Of a stretch of 64,000 nt of DNA, positions 1 to 12,602 are shown one piece after another (the stretch's first letter is position 1; every line of letters starts with the position of its first letter). The position numbers were made by a program, and so were the translations under genes. The notes beneath the pieces are model-generated. The model worked only from the letters and a program-made list of their open reading frames with translations, was not told where the DNA came from and ran no database searches. The DNA lies in assembly GCA_037447605.1 (NCBI GenBank), contig CM074805.1, forward strand, positions 434,001-498,000. The letters are read 5' to 3'. Source of the stretch: Zygnema circumcarinatum SAG 698-1b. Taxonomy: Eukaryota > Plantae > Zygnematophyceae.

Positions 1-42
1 TGAGTTTACCCAAAAGTATTTGCTTTCATAGTATCAACGCAC

Positions 43-392
43 CACCAACGATGACAAGGTCTACCTTGGTGGTGGCGAGGTTTTCCCCGCGGGTGATGGC
101 CGCCTGCAAGCGGCGCCACGCTCCGTCTCTCGCGCTCTTACAGTGTTGCGTGGGAGGGAAGGAGGGAGGGAGGGAGGGAGGGAGGGAGGAAAGGAAGGGA
201 GAGGAAAGACGGAGGCAGGCGACGCTCACCGCGCAGCAACGAGGCCGCGCCACGTGTCCCAGTCCCCCCTGCCTGCCCGCTCTGCTCCGCCACATGGCAC
301 CTCCTCTCGCCGCCGCGTTGCCCTCCCTGCGCGACACGTGGCTGCCTGGGCCGTGCTTCTCGTCCGGCCACGTGTGGAGCTCCGCTGGCCAT
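43..392 (-). CDS. 5' exons of a probable FAD-dependent oxidoreductase (gene runs off the left edge)
   Basis: ATG in gccATGG context at 392; donor G|GTGAGC at 229; CT-rich intron; exon 2 ends VDLVIVG-G at a GTGCGT donor (42), resembling the start of a Rossmann GxGxxG motif. The exact exon 2 acceptor is unresolved. Confidence 0.5.
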
Positions 393-1145
393 GGCGGTCG
401 CCGTAGCCGTCCTGCTGCAGACACCGCGCGTGGCGCCTGATGAGCTGAGCTGAGCTGGCTGCTCCGCGGCCTGTAGGGGGAGGGCTGCTCCCCTCCCTCC
501 CTGCGGCTCCCCGCCTCCTTGGAATGCGCCTTCTACTACTTCTTCTTCTTCTTCTTCTTCTTCTTGCCGCACTCTCTGGTGTTTCCCGCAAGTTTGCTGC
601 TACCGCGCACTGAGCAAGGAAGGTGCGAATGGTTCCATCATTGCAGCCATTCCCAACCCTCTGCACGTCAACTGCCATCCGCTTCAATTTCTCGCCGGTC
701 GCTGCTGGCTGCGCTGTCAACTCTCCCCGCTGCTGCAGCCATCGGCACCCCTGCTGGTTAGCCCCTCATCCTTCTGTTCTCTCCTTCCCATCCTTTCTAC
801 TCCCCGAAAAATTGTGCTGGTCATAGCTACCAGCCGGAACTGACGTGCTATCAGCTATAAAAGCTTCTAATTTTAAAATGGCGTGGATTCAAACGGTCAA
901 GCCCCGCAAAAAAAAGGCGAAGGTAAATGAGGGCGGATGGAAACTCTTGCAGTCTCTGCCTCTGCTCTGCCTGATGTAAATGCAAAGTGTAAAATGCAAT
1001 TCAAATGAGGATATTGTAGAAGAGGAGTGGTCAAGATGAAACTTAGAAAATTGAAAAATTGGGAATCTGACATTTGCGAATGGAGCAAATGCCCTATTAT
1101 CAGTAAGACGGGTATTTAATATCGCAAACAACGACGTGGTCCTCC

Positions 1146-1396
1146 TCAACCCGTTGTCACCGAGGGATGTTTGCCTTAAGTTTCTGGGAGCTAAAAGCAG
1201 GGCTGAGAACGTTGGTGAATCCTAAAAACCTGAGGGTGGGTGGTCGTTGCGTCCGTTGAGGAGCTGCCGTTCCGTAGAACTGAGAGCATAGAGCGGTGCA
1301 GGTTCAAGTCGCGGGCCCTCGGCGTAAAGGCGGCGGAGCCGCTGCTGAGTCTGAAGAGGCACCGGAGGGAGTCGAGGAGGCAGGCGCGGCAGGGGC
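1146..1396 (+). pseudogene. Inverted duplicated fragment of RsgA intron 4 plus the first 95 nt of exon 5
   Basis: Reverse complement of 4851-5100 by hand alignment: 3 substitutions and 1 indel in about 250 nt. ORFs 1296..1649 and 4625..4951 share MQVQVAGPRRKGGGAAAESEEAPEGVEEAGAAGA. Confidence 0.92.
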
Positions 1397-1400
1397 AAGA

Positions 1401-3415
1401 GGGAGGGGAAATAAAAACCGAACCAATGAACTCCTAAACTTAGATCACATGCAGAAGGCCTCGGCTACATACCGAAAGAAACAAAAGTATTTTCTCATTA
1501 GGGTTTCAACTGAACCTCCTCTCGAACCCTGTATTTGTCCCATGTGGATTTCGAGAGGGCCTCAGACAAGCAAAAGGGTCGCGAGTAGCAGTGTAGTAAA
1601 GCAAAGAGTTACGGTAAGGGACAAGGGCCTTCTATTACACCATGGATAGCTTTGCAAGAGCTCGGAATGTTGCTTACGCGTTTGGACACGGCAACGAGAC
1701 AAAGATTATTTGTGATTTTCCTCGCTCTCTCATCCTAGAGTGGGGGTGAGGGAGAAGAAAGTTAGTTTCTGATAGGGGGGAATGTAAAGGTACCAGGAAA
1801 GGCGGGCCTAAGCAAAAAAAGGGATCGGTTTGAGGAAATTTATGGAATCACAAAAAGAGACTACGACAAATCGGGGGAGGAAAGTAGAAATAGTGAGAGG
1901 GATGAAGAGGCAGAGGAAGGGGGATAAAGATAATGGACAAGGAATATTTAATACATCCTATGGTGGCAAGAGGAGCTAGGGAAAAAGTAAAAGGCACGAA
2001 GGCAATGGGAGGGAAACGTGCGAGGGAGGGAGACGAGAAGACGACATCGCCTTTTTGGAGAGCGGACAAAGGTGAGGGGAGATCTCTCTTTTTTTATGGT
2101 CCCAAAGTTTGTGTGCATTTAAGTTAGATTAGGGTTTGGGGTTGTCTCCCTCCCTCTTTCTTCCTTCAGGTCGCTCTCTCTTTCTCTCCATTTCACTCCT
2201 CTCTTCCCTAACTTTTGTATCCTACATTTGTTTGATTAAACAGACTTGTTCAACTTTTCAGTTGAGAGTAAAACACAGAGAGAGCGAGTGAGAGGAGAGA
2301 GAAAGGAAGGGATATGGTAACATAGTCGGGCAGAAAGGGAGAGAGTGTAAGAGAAATAGCTGATTCCGAACTTGCATGAGAGGGCGGGCCGTGGGTGGCA
2401 GGTGGCGCACCGCGACTACCCGCACGCCCGCCATGATTGGTTAACGTTTCGCTACATGGCCTCAAAGCACTATCAGCACTGCATAGAGGTGGAAACATTC
2501 TCAAATCGGAAAATTTTGAATTTATTTGTTTGCTGTATTTTGTTTTGTGTTTTCTTCTGTCCTTGTTGTTTATCTTGTCCTGTTTAATTTCTCTGTTGAT
2601 TATTTTTTTTTTTGTTTTTTTAAATATCCATTTTCCTATTTGGTTGTCCCGTGCAGTGTTCTAACTACGTATACGACTGTCGGGTGCCCTGTTCTGAGTG
2701 GGCAGAGCGTTGCTATACGACCAATAAGGAGCGCCACTGGAAGGGTTAGGGTTAGGCGATGTCGTCTTTCTCTTCTCTCTCCCTCGCGCGTTTCCCTCTT
2801 ACTGTCTTTGTGCCTTCCACTTTTTCCGTAGCTCCTTTCGCCACCATAAGATGTCGACTGAGCGTTAAATATTCCTTGTCATTACTTCATCCCCCTCCCT
2901 CTGTTTCTCTGTCCCTCCCACTCTCTTTTTTTCCATTTCCTCTTTCAATTTGTCACTGTTGTTGTAGCAGACTTTCTTTTTGATTCCATAAATCACCTTA
3001 AACGAATCCCTTTTTTGGTTTAAGCCCACCTTTCCTAGTACCTTCACCTTCCCCTTTATCTAAAACCTGACTTTCCTCTCATTTACTTTCACTCTCACTC
3101 TAGGGATGGGAGAGCAAGAAGAGTCACAAACAATCTTTGTCTCCATATTGTATCCAAATGCATAACCAACATTTTGAGCTTTGTTGGAGGCCCTTGCCCC
3201 CTGCCCTAACTCTTTGTTTTGCTACACTACTATTCGCGACCCCTTTGCCTGTCCGAGGCCCTCTCAAAACCCACATAGGACAAATACGGGGTTTGGGAAG
3301 AGGTTCAATTGAAACCCTAATAAAAAAATACTTACGTTTCTTTTGGTATGTAGCCGAGGCTTTCTGCATCTGATGTAGGTTTAAGAGTTTATTTGTTCGG
3401 TTTTATTTCCCCTCC
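1401..3415. repeat. Long diverged inverted repeat (arms about 1401-2051 and 2755-3415) around a 700-bp core; foldback-like element
   Basis: Arm ends pair: gggaggggaaataaaaaccg with cggttttatttcccctcc, and gacgacatcgcc with ggcgatgtcgtc. Translated arms are homologous (MQKASATYRKKQKYFLIRVSTEPP vs MQKASATYQKKRKYFFIRVSIEPL). Identity is roughly 75-80% by eye. Confidence 0.88.
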
Positions 3416-3491
3416 TTTTTTTCTTTTTGGGCAATGGGTTTTGAGGCTAGTCGAGCTAGTGCTTGTAAGTGCTCTAAGTCTTCAACTATTT

Positions 3492-3524
<33 letters not shown>

Positions 3525-3534
3525 NNNNNNNNNN
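3525..3534. other. 10-N assembly gap (others at 4760-4769, 8752-8761, 15728-15737, 49746-49755)
   Basis: All five gaps sit in homopolymer or low-complexity tracts. The 15728 gap hides an RG-lyase acceptor and the 4760 gap is in the RsgA last exon. Confidence 1.
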
Positions 3535-3571
<37 letters not shown>

Positions 3572-4716
3572 TGGTCGAGCATGTGGAAGCCATATTGAGT
3601 GAGAGTGTTAAATTTTGGTAGAGTAAAGGTCACCCATATGAAGCCGGTGCCGTCTTAGCCATTTGCAGTTGGTCAAAGGCGGCCATAGCGGCGTAAGGAC
3701 AGGCAAAGGATAGGGTTGGCGTATTTTTGCATTCTTTTATTAGTCGGTGTTTATGTCAGTTTCAGTTGCAGTTTCAGTTCCAGTTTAGTGTGTGCAATTT
3801 TTTTGCTGCAACATTTATTGTGTTTGCTGTTTCCATCGCTATTACTCAGATTTAAAGTGCAGTTTAAGAGTGTAACTGAACATGGAACTAGTTGGCTGAC
3901 CAGCATGTCAATGAGATGATAGTCTAGCAACATCATCCTCAATGAAGACAAGTCTGTTCTTTTTTTTTTTTTTTCACAAGATCGGAGTAGTTTGGAAACT
4001 CAACAAATCATTTGTAAAGCAACAATTTCTATGATTTGATTAGCACTATTTTGGCTGATATTTTACATGTACAAGTTCTTCACTGTGAATCAAATTGGCG
4101 GTGGGTCGACCTCACATCATATCTAAAATCTTATCGTTGCAAGCTTAGCCGAGAGAAAGCATACGACAACTAAAATGGGGAAAACTGTGGCGGGGGGGGA
4201 AGAGCCATGTCGAGACCGCCATATTGTAGCGCGAGGGACAGTCGTGGATCCATGCGACGCTGTTCCGTGACCTTCACGTGCTACTCCCAACACGGTCCCT
4301 TGGCGGGTGGTCATTGGAAAGACGGGTAATGAACTGAACTGCTACTGAAACTTCGCCATGGACAATGAACGCCCCAACCTCTGTGAAGGAAAGGCCAGAA
4401 TAGATGCCTCTGGTAGGTGGAGGAATTTGGCAAACATGGACATGTTGAACGTAATTTCTCCCTCCCCCCCGCTCTCTCGCTCTCTCAAATCTACTTGAAA
4501 GTTTTTCTGATCAGCCTGCTACGCATATTCCCCTCCTGTTCCACGAGTACACTTCCCCTAAAAAGAACAGCAATTTTCTAGAACCAAAACGCTGCCACCA
4601 CAACGAAAAGCCCCCAACCCCCAACTAACCCACTTCCCCTCCGCCCATCTTCCCCTTCCTTATTTTTTCACGACAGCCTGGAACCCCCTCTCTCCCCCTT
4701 CCCCTCCCCTCGTCCC

Positions 4717-7700
4717 TCACCCTCCCCCTCCCCCTCCCCATCTCTCTCCCCCTCCCCCTNNNNNNNNNNCCTTCCCCTCTCCCTCTCCCTTCCCTTCTCC
4801 CTCCCCCTTCTCCTCCCCCTCCATCTCCCCCTCCCAGAAGAGCGACCCAAGCCCCTGCCGCGCCTGCCTCCTCGACTCCCTCCGGTGCCTCTTCAGACTC
4901 AGCAGCGGCTCCGCCGCCTTTACGCCGAGGGCCCGCGACTTGAACCTGCACCGCTCCATGCTCTCAGTTCTACGGAACGGCAGCCCCTCAACGGACGCAA
5001 CGAACACCCACCCTCAGGTTTTTAGGATTCACCAACGTTCTCAGCCCTGCTTTTAGCTCCCAGAAACTAAGGCAAACATCCCTCGGTGACAACGGGTTGA
5101 AGAGGAGGAGGAGGAGGAGGAGGAGGAGGAGGAGGAGGCTGTACCTGACATCGCCATCCCTCTTCGTTCCCTCCTGCTTCTCTGCTTCCTCCCTCTTCCC
5201 GACCTCCTCCATGAACAGCGTGTAGTGGCGAAACCTCTCAAAGTCGGAGTCCACTGCGCAGCCCGGCTCGCGCAAATGGAGGCAGTCGGCAAACGAGCAC
5301 CGGACCTCGCCCTCCAACTGCCTCCGAATCTGCGGCAACCCAACATCAACTTTTTACAAACGGGAAGGTCCGCAAAACACCCTCCCTCCCTCTCACTACC
5401 TCCCTCTCTCTCCCTCTCCCTCCCCATCGCCCTCGCTCTCTCCCTCTCCCTCCCCATCGCCCTCTCTCTCTCCCTCTCCCTCTCCCTCCCCATCGCCCTC
5501 ACTCTCTCCCTCTCCCTCCCCGTCGCCCTCTCTCTCTCCCTCTCCCTACCCATCGCCCTCTCTCTCTCCCTCTCCCTCCCCATCACCCTCTCTCTCGCCC
5601 TCTCCCTCTCCCTCCCCATCGCCCTCTCTCTCTCTCTCCCAATCCCCATCGCCCTCTCTCTCGCCCTCTCCCTACCTCAGGAAAGAGGGAGGCTGCGTCG
5701 GCAGTCCCAACAGTGGCAAGCGATGGCTGACTGAACCCCGGGGTGTCCGCCAATAGGCCCCCATTGGGCAGCCGCAGGAGCTCCACGTGGCGCGTTGTGT
5801 GCCTGCCACGTCCGCTGCGCTCTGACACCTCTCCTACTCGGAGTTTCACAAACCGCTGATCACTCGCCACCTGGCAGCCGATGGGAGCAGGAGAGGAGGC
5901 TGAGGTAGAATAAGGGTAGCGTTGACTTTATGGAAAAGCATACGAAAAGTACGCAATGGAAACAACTTGACTTTGAAACTTTCTTTCCAGAAAGTAAGTT
6001 TTCCTTTTTCAGTCCAAGTAGTGGAAGTTTTCCAAGTTTGGGAGTCACTGCTATGGTGAAGGTTTGAACCTGAGACCTGAAATCCTCTATCTCTCGGTCC
6101 CCTTTAATGGCATACACCCTCCTTCACTAAAGCACTCCTCACCTGCCACGAAGCTTCCAAAGATTCGCCAAGTCGACTCCAGCCATTGTCGTCTGCATCC
6201 TCCCAACTCAAACTCTCATTCCCACTCTCCTCTCCCCCTCTAGAGGCGTCCTCCCTCTCTCCTTCTCTATGCTCGTCCAGACTCTCTCTCTTCCTCCATG
6301 CTAGAGAAGTTTCCGCCCCATCTCCCTCCCCTCCCAATGCAGAGTCCTCGCAACTTCCAGCAGAATCCGCCATAGCGGAGCTTTCTCTTAACGTAGCGAT
6401 ATTCTCTTGCTCAAACCCATTTGCTGGTTTACCTGCTACCTCCTCTCCCACCTCTCTCCTCCTCTCTCCCCCATTTAAGGTGTTTAAATTTAAGAAACTC
6501 CCCTCTCTATTCCCATTCACACTGTAATTCTCCAGTACCCACTCCCTATCCGACTCCTCCGGCTGACTCCCACAATCCAACTCCATATCAGCTATAACAC
6601 TTCTCGGACTCATCTCTCCATTGTTGCTCCACATAGCGTTAATGAGGCTCGACTTTCCGACACCGCTCGGCCCCGCTATCACACTCACTCTCCCCACCAT
6701 CAGATTCTCTAAGGGACCAATTCCGGATCTGGTGTGAACGCTGCAGAATAAGGGATTGTAACCCCACGACTGGAGGCGAGATCGCCATTCAGAAATGACC
6801 TGCGTGGACCAATCCATCCATGACCTTTTCACTACATAAAGAAAAAGCCAGCAACAATTAGGGCACAAATTCCACTTGAAACTTTGATACTTATCCCGAA
6901 ACCCCTCCCCACTCACATCTGATCCTAATTCAAATGAAAAAAAGGCAAAAAAACGACCTTTTCAACACACCTCAGGCTGCACGAGGTCGGCCTTATTCAA
7001 AGCCAATGTGAAGGGGACACCTGTCGCTTCAGCAGCGACCAAAAAGCGACTTAAACTCATCACTTCAAGCTGCGGCTTGTCGAGCGAAAAAAGGAGCAGA
7101 AGGTGATCGATATTAGCCACCGGAGGGTCGAGAATTTGACTTTTTCTCGGAAGAATGTCTTCAACCATCCCTCGTTTGCCTATCCAATCGATTCCTCCCA
7201 CCGATACCACGTCTCCGACTAACACTTTCCGCTTCATTTTCTTCAAAAGGGCTCTCACAACGCATAGCAGCTCAGCCCCCACCTGGGGCTGCCCTAAACC
7301 TAATTCTGCTTCTACTTCTTCACCTATCCATGCGTGCTCTCGCCTGTGTTCCGGCCCCATTTCCCCACATTCTGTTACCAATATTTTCATATAATTCGCT
7401 TGCGCAGACACGACTTGCCCTACAGCTTCGTCTACTCGAAGCTTTGAAGGTTCAAATTTAGGGCTAATTTGGTGCCAGCGAGCCTCTGACTCCACAACAG
7501 AAGTAATCGAGCGCGCCTTCCGCAGCATTTGAGCCCCTTTTCCCGACCACCGGCTCTTATCTTTCGATTTCTGTTTCTCAACGCCGGAATAGTTCTTCCT
7601 GCCTGCTTGAATAAGAAACGGCTCCCTTCCCCATTCGCTCCCTCTCTCTCCATCTCTCCCTCTCCCTCCCTCCCTCTCTCTCTGTATCTTCACTGAAGCT

Positions 7701-7867
7701 CCGTCGTAGCAGAATTTGCCTTGTCGCTTCCACCCTCCAGCCAGTTGCTGATAACTGGACACGTGGCAGCCGAAAAGAGAGCTGGCGGAGCCACAGATTT
7801 TGGGAGAGAAATCGTTTCTGCACAAGGTGGAGGGGAGGAGGCGGGAGGGAGACAACTCCGCCGCCAT
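4717..7867 (-). CDS. rsgA: Ribosome small subunit-dependent GTPase RsgA/YjeQ, plastid-type, 5 exons (7867-6971, 6799-6143, 5870-5676, 5329-5145, 4945-4717)
   Basis: Circularly permuted GTPase motifs NKADL, GPSGVGKSS, GRHTT and DTPG; Zn-finger CxFxDCxHxxEPGC; OB-fold LVGDVV. All GT-AG junctions are frame-consistent. An N gap lies in the last exon. Confidence 0.95.
5385..5672. repeat. Compound minisatellite (about 8 copies of a 30-36 nt unit, CCCCATCGCC plus CT/CCCTCT run) filling RsgA intron 3
   Basis: Repeated catcgccctctctctctccctctccc units; explains the spurious MGRERERERA ORF. Confidence 0.9.
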
Positions 7868-8856
7868 GGCTGCCTCCGGACAGCCTGCCTCCCATGCACA
7901 TGGGCCACTATAAGGCCCATTACATGACCCCATGGCCGCATGGACCCATGGCATGGGGCCATGATACCATCACCGTGAACCATATCCTGTACGGCCCGTA
8001 CACGAAGGCTCCACGCTTCACAGTTCACATGATGGGAAGAAAATGGCATTGGCCTCACGATGGTGCGGAGCTATCGACTCTAGAAAAGAAGAGAAAGGAA
8101 CCCTTTATTAAGTAATGAGGGCGTAGCTTTCCGCTCCTCGTATTTTTTCTTGTGAGCTTAAGTGCTCTGCGACCAGTTCCTCGTGGTTCCCCGTGATGAT
8201 GATATTGTCCATGTACATTTGATGGCCTCGCCACCGTGAGTTCATTCCCATTTTCCCGTTTACTACGTGAAGGGTTGAAAAAAGGGTAAAGGGTTAAATT
8301 GTGTTGGAGTTATTGGAATTTTGACTTCCATCTTTGTCGCTACAAATTGGCGACCATGTCGGAAATATTATTCATTTCATGTCATTCTTCATTCATTTTT
8401 TCAGCCACAACTGTGACCAACATGAGTGAAAGTTGTCTGCAACTCGTCTTCAACCCAAAAGAAACACGCGATAGTCCATAAACAACATCTCCCTTTATTA
8501 CGACCGCGCGTGTACAAAGTAAAGTTAACAATATTTTCATTTTAAACAACAATCAACACTCATGCATTATTATGTATGCCCCATCTTTCCACCGCTTTGG
8601 CGGAACCACCCCCTCTTTAAAACCCACCTCCCTGAAACCCTCCAACTCCTACACCTCTTGTCTCTGCCTGAATACTCCCCTGCAAACAGACCCCTCTCCC
8701 TCTCCTTTTCGACCTATACACTTTTTCCTGTACACATCACCTTCCTTTTTGNNNNNNNNNNCCCCCCCCCCCCCCCCCCCCCCTCCCCCAAATGAATACC
8801 ACACATGCAACTCCCTCCCAACAAGAGCTCTTTCAATCCTTCACACGTGTTAGCCC

Positions 8857-10946
8857 CTACTGAGTGGTCATTGAGTACTTGGAGTCCACGTAACTCTCCA
8901 CGTCCCACAAGAAGCTTCCAAAGGCCGCCGCCTCCAGCACCATCCTCCGCAGCGTGGAGAGACTCAACCGCACTGAGTCATCTCTCACCATCGCCAACCC
9001 TCCATCGCTGCTCAGCTCTATCTCCGGCTTGCCAAAAAGCGCTTCCGTGTGCTTTCCAATCACATTGAGGCCCTCTCTGCAAAAAAGTAACACAAGTGTT
9101 AGACAGAGATTTTCGACATTGCATTCCATCAGGCCCAAGATTGATGCAAGTGATGTGCACAATGCAGCGACAGAGTGAAGCCTCTCTTTATGATCGATCA
9201 AACTTCACTCGTCTCTCTGTCACAGTGTCCCTCTTCTTTCTCTCCTCACCCACTCTCTCCCACTTTGCAACCCCACTTCTCTCCCTCACCCCTTCCTGTC
9301 CCAGCTCTCAGCAGCTCCCGCCACCATAATATTGCTTAGATGTGCTTACTTTGACCGCATAGTCGCCGTATTCCGAAGAGTTTCCTGATCGAACTTCATC
9401 ACGTATTGCCGAAGAGGAGTCTGCTTTGCAGCAGCAGCTGCTCCCTTGATCCCACTGTTAGCCATAGCCGAAGCAGCAGCAGAAAAAGCAGCTGCCAATC
9501 CATTATCTTCCGGTCTATCCATGGGGTCGATTTCATTCACTTTCGACAGAGTGTCTGCTTCCTCAGTCGAAACCGCCGGTTCAAAAGCCTCCCACAGCCC
9601 TCCCTCTGCTCCCAAACTCTTCATCGTCTTCTCTAACTGAAACCTCTGATCCACTCTTCTCAGAAAATATCCGTAGGTAATAGAAGCTGCATAAACCTGC
9701 CCTAATCTAACCTTCGAAGTCACTATTAATATTCTGTCGTCGAGAGTAGGAGAGACTCCTTCCGGCCTCACTCCCCCCAAAATCATATTTAGATGCTCCT
9801 TTACCATCTCCGTCACATCTTCCGAATGAACCGAGAGAAGCTCCTTCTCCTTCACGGGTCCGAGCGAAGACATGAATGCCTGGGGAGACAGCTCATCTGC
9901 CGACAAAAAGGGCATTTTCGGAAGTAGGGAGACTCTCGCTTCAGTGAATTTCGCCACAATGAGAGCGTAAATAACTTCCTCCAACGCTCTCTGCCTCTCC
10001 ATAGCTCTCACATCCGCAATTCTCCTGAAAAATATATAAAAAATGAAAGTCAGAAATGTCAGGAAATTTTCTAAAGCAGCGTTACGCTCCTACCTCACTA
10101 AACAACCTCCCACTAGAGTTTCGAAAAGCTTGCCCCACTCCTACCCTATTTCATAAAATTAAAATTAAAATTGCAATGGGAGCACTCTACTTACTTGTAG
10201 AGCACAAGATCACTCCCAGAACTGCTCAGCTCCCTTTCCTTTGCTTCCTGATCATCCTTTTCAGCCACAAGTCGTTCAAGCTGCTGCTCAGCCGCTGCTG
10301 AGAACAAATGAGGATGGCTCTGAAGAAGCTGAGTAAGAAAAAGACCCGTCGAAGATTCGGGGTCTAATGGGGCCAATTTGTTTTTGTCCCCTTCGCCTGA
10401 AGAAGGTGATGATGCCGCGGCTCTTGCGCCTTCATTCAATGATCGAGTGTGGCTTTGCCGAAGCGGAGAGTTTCGAAGAAGGGAAGCGCCGAGGAACGAG
10501 GACTGTACATTCTGCATAACGGAATAATAGAATACTAAAGGGCTTAATAAATCGTTATATCGAGGAACTTACTCAATTTCAGAGACACGAACGATGCAAT
10601 TATATGCACTTACTATGCACATCGACTCGGATTAAGATAGGCCCTTTCGCAGAGCTACAGAGTCGCATCACTAATGATAAGACCAAACAGAAAGGAATCC
10701 CTAATTGCGCTGAATCGCTTCGTGCAAAGCAAGTTAACTGAAATACCTAAACTTAAAGTTGAGTAGGAGACTTACGTTCGGCGTTCTGCGTTCTTTGAAG
10801 CTCACAGTTCCTGCTCCTGCAACAGGAATCGCTGGAGAAAGTGCAGATATGCACCCGCTCTTCAAAGAAGAATGAGGAACGTCGCCTCCCGCAACATTTC
10901 CAAGGGCCGCAAGCGAGAGCTGCGTCGTTCCAAGTGCAGATGCCAT
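8857..10946 (-). CDS. DUF760 UV-B-induced protein At3g17800-like, plastid-targeted, 4 exons (10946-10776, 10511-10195, 10024-9350, 9076-8857)
   Basis: Motifs LAPLDPESSTGLFLTQLLQSHPHL, YAASITYGYFLRRVDQRFQLEKTM and LRRMVLEAAAFGSFLWDVESYVDSKY; frame-consistent splice sites; Ser/Ala-rich N-terminus. Confidence 0.92.
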
Positions 10947-11624
10947 ATGCAGATGCGGGCCCAAAAAGCCTGAAAATTCAAAAACCGAGGATTCATCAGT
11001 CAAATTTCGAGTTTCTAGTACGAGCTTTCGTATGGAAGCATGAAAAAATACAAAAACAAGGGCCCACCCACTCCGCCTCTCCTTCTCCCACCCCACTCTC
11101 TTTCCACCTCCCTCTTCCCTTCGCTTCCAGCCCTCCCCCTCCCATTCCTCCCCCTTACCTCTACCTCTTTCTCCCTTCCCCCCCTTCACTTCCTTCTACA
11201 TTTCCCCCCCTGCCTCTCTCTCCCTACTCCCTCCCCTCCACCTCCCCCTCTCTCCTTCTCCTTTACCCCCACCTCTGCCTCCCCAACAGGGCCACCAAGA
11301 GACAACAAAATTTCACAGGCCCCCCTCTCAAACGCTCCCTCCAAACTCCACAATATCGCACCATTCTTACCTTGAGAAAACCAAGGAGAAGAATCCTGAG
11401 CGCAGGCTCACCTTCCCTACAAAATGAGAGAACCTTTCAAGGCCTTCACAGATACAGAACTTTTAAAAACGATTAAAATTGCGAATACAGGATTTACTTG
11501 TGAGTTCTCCCTTCTTCTCCTTTCCCCTCTCTTCTCTCACTCTCTCTCTCTCTCTCGGCTCCTGTCGTCGCCTTAAATGACTGCTTCTCTCCCACCTTCG
11601 ACGGCAACTTTAGCGAAGGGGAAG

Positions 11625-11990
11625 GGAGTCGTGGCCCACGTGGTGGCCCAAGATCGGACGGCCCAGAATGGCCCACGCCCTCCTTCAATCCGACGGCAGA
11701 GAAGCAACCACGCCAATCGTCCGATGTGGAAATCTTCTAGAAGATATTTTGACACGTGGCGCGTTCTCGGGGGGCGAATCGCCGCGCCACGTCAGCCAGC
11801 CGCCAGCTTGGAAGATTCGCGGCGCTTCCGCTCAGCCGCACGGTGGATCCGGAGTCCACTTCAGGGAGTTCACTTCGGTTTGACGACCAAGTGCCAGTTT
11901 TCAGGGCCGAAAACCTGGCCACGTGGGATGTACCTGTGAGGTCCTTCCCGCAAATCTCCGGTGGATCCAGCGACGTCGTGGCGCGCTAGC
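11625..11990. promoter_or_regulatory. G-box/ABRE and GGCCCA site-II cluster upstream of the DUF760 gene
   Basis: cccacgtgg, gacacgtggc, gccacgtca and gccacgtgg, plus four ggccca motifs within about 350 bp. Confidence 0.55.
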
Positions 11991-12602
11991 GCGGCCTCCG
12001 TACAGGATTCGATACGGATCGAGAGTTTATCTCTGGCTCTTGCTGATTGGTCGGTCGGGTGGCGTAAGCTCCGCTCTCCCTTTCTCACTCTCTTTCTTAA
12101 CGTTTTGTGTTCCCAGCGACCTTTCTCACAGCAGGAGTCCCGGGGGAGGTAAGGACGGTGAGAGGGAGAGAGAGGAGGGAGAGAGGGAGAGAGTGGGAGG
12201 GAGGGAGGTGACCAGTGGACGAGCAAGTGAGCGCTCGTCTTGAACAAGAAGCCTTTAGATGCTTCCTGCCATCGCCTTAGAGTCGACACAAGGACAATGC
12301 ATGCATGTGCATGTTGTACAAATTTCCCGACAAATTACAGAACTGTCCCATAGAACACAGACTACAACCTCCCCCCACCACCTCACCCTCACTTATCTCC
12401 TCCCAAGCTCAAACCCAAACCCCACCCCCCCCCTAATCACTAAGGAAGTGTTTGCATGGTAAACCACCCCCACACGCAGAGCCTCCCCTATACAGCACCC
12501 AACCCATACATAAAGCCCTCCATACTTCACATTCCCACATGCCCCCATCATTCATCCCATCATTGCCGCCCTATGATGTTTTATGTTTTATGGTTTGATG
12601 TT

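Noticed and set aside
4358-4630. + strand gccATGG ORF MDNERPNLCEG with a possible donor
   Set aside because: The continuation is low-complexity and antisense to the RsgA 3' region; no further support.
5053-5734. ORFs with MGRERERERA and LSLSLPIA repeats
   Set aside because: Translations of the intron 3 minisatellite; the real RsgA exons flank them.
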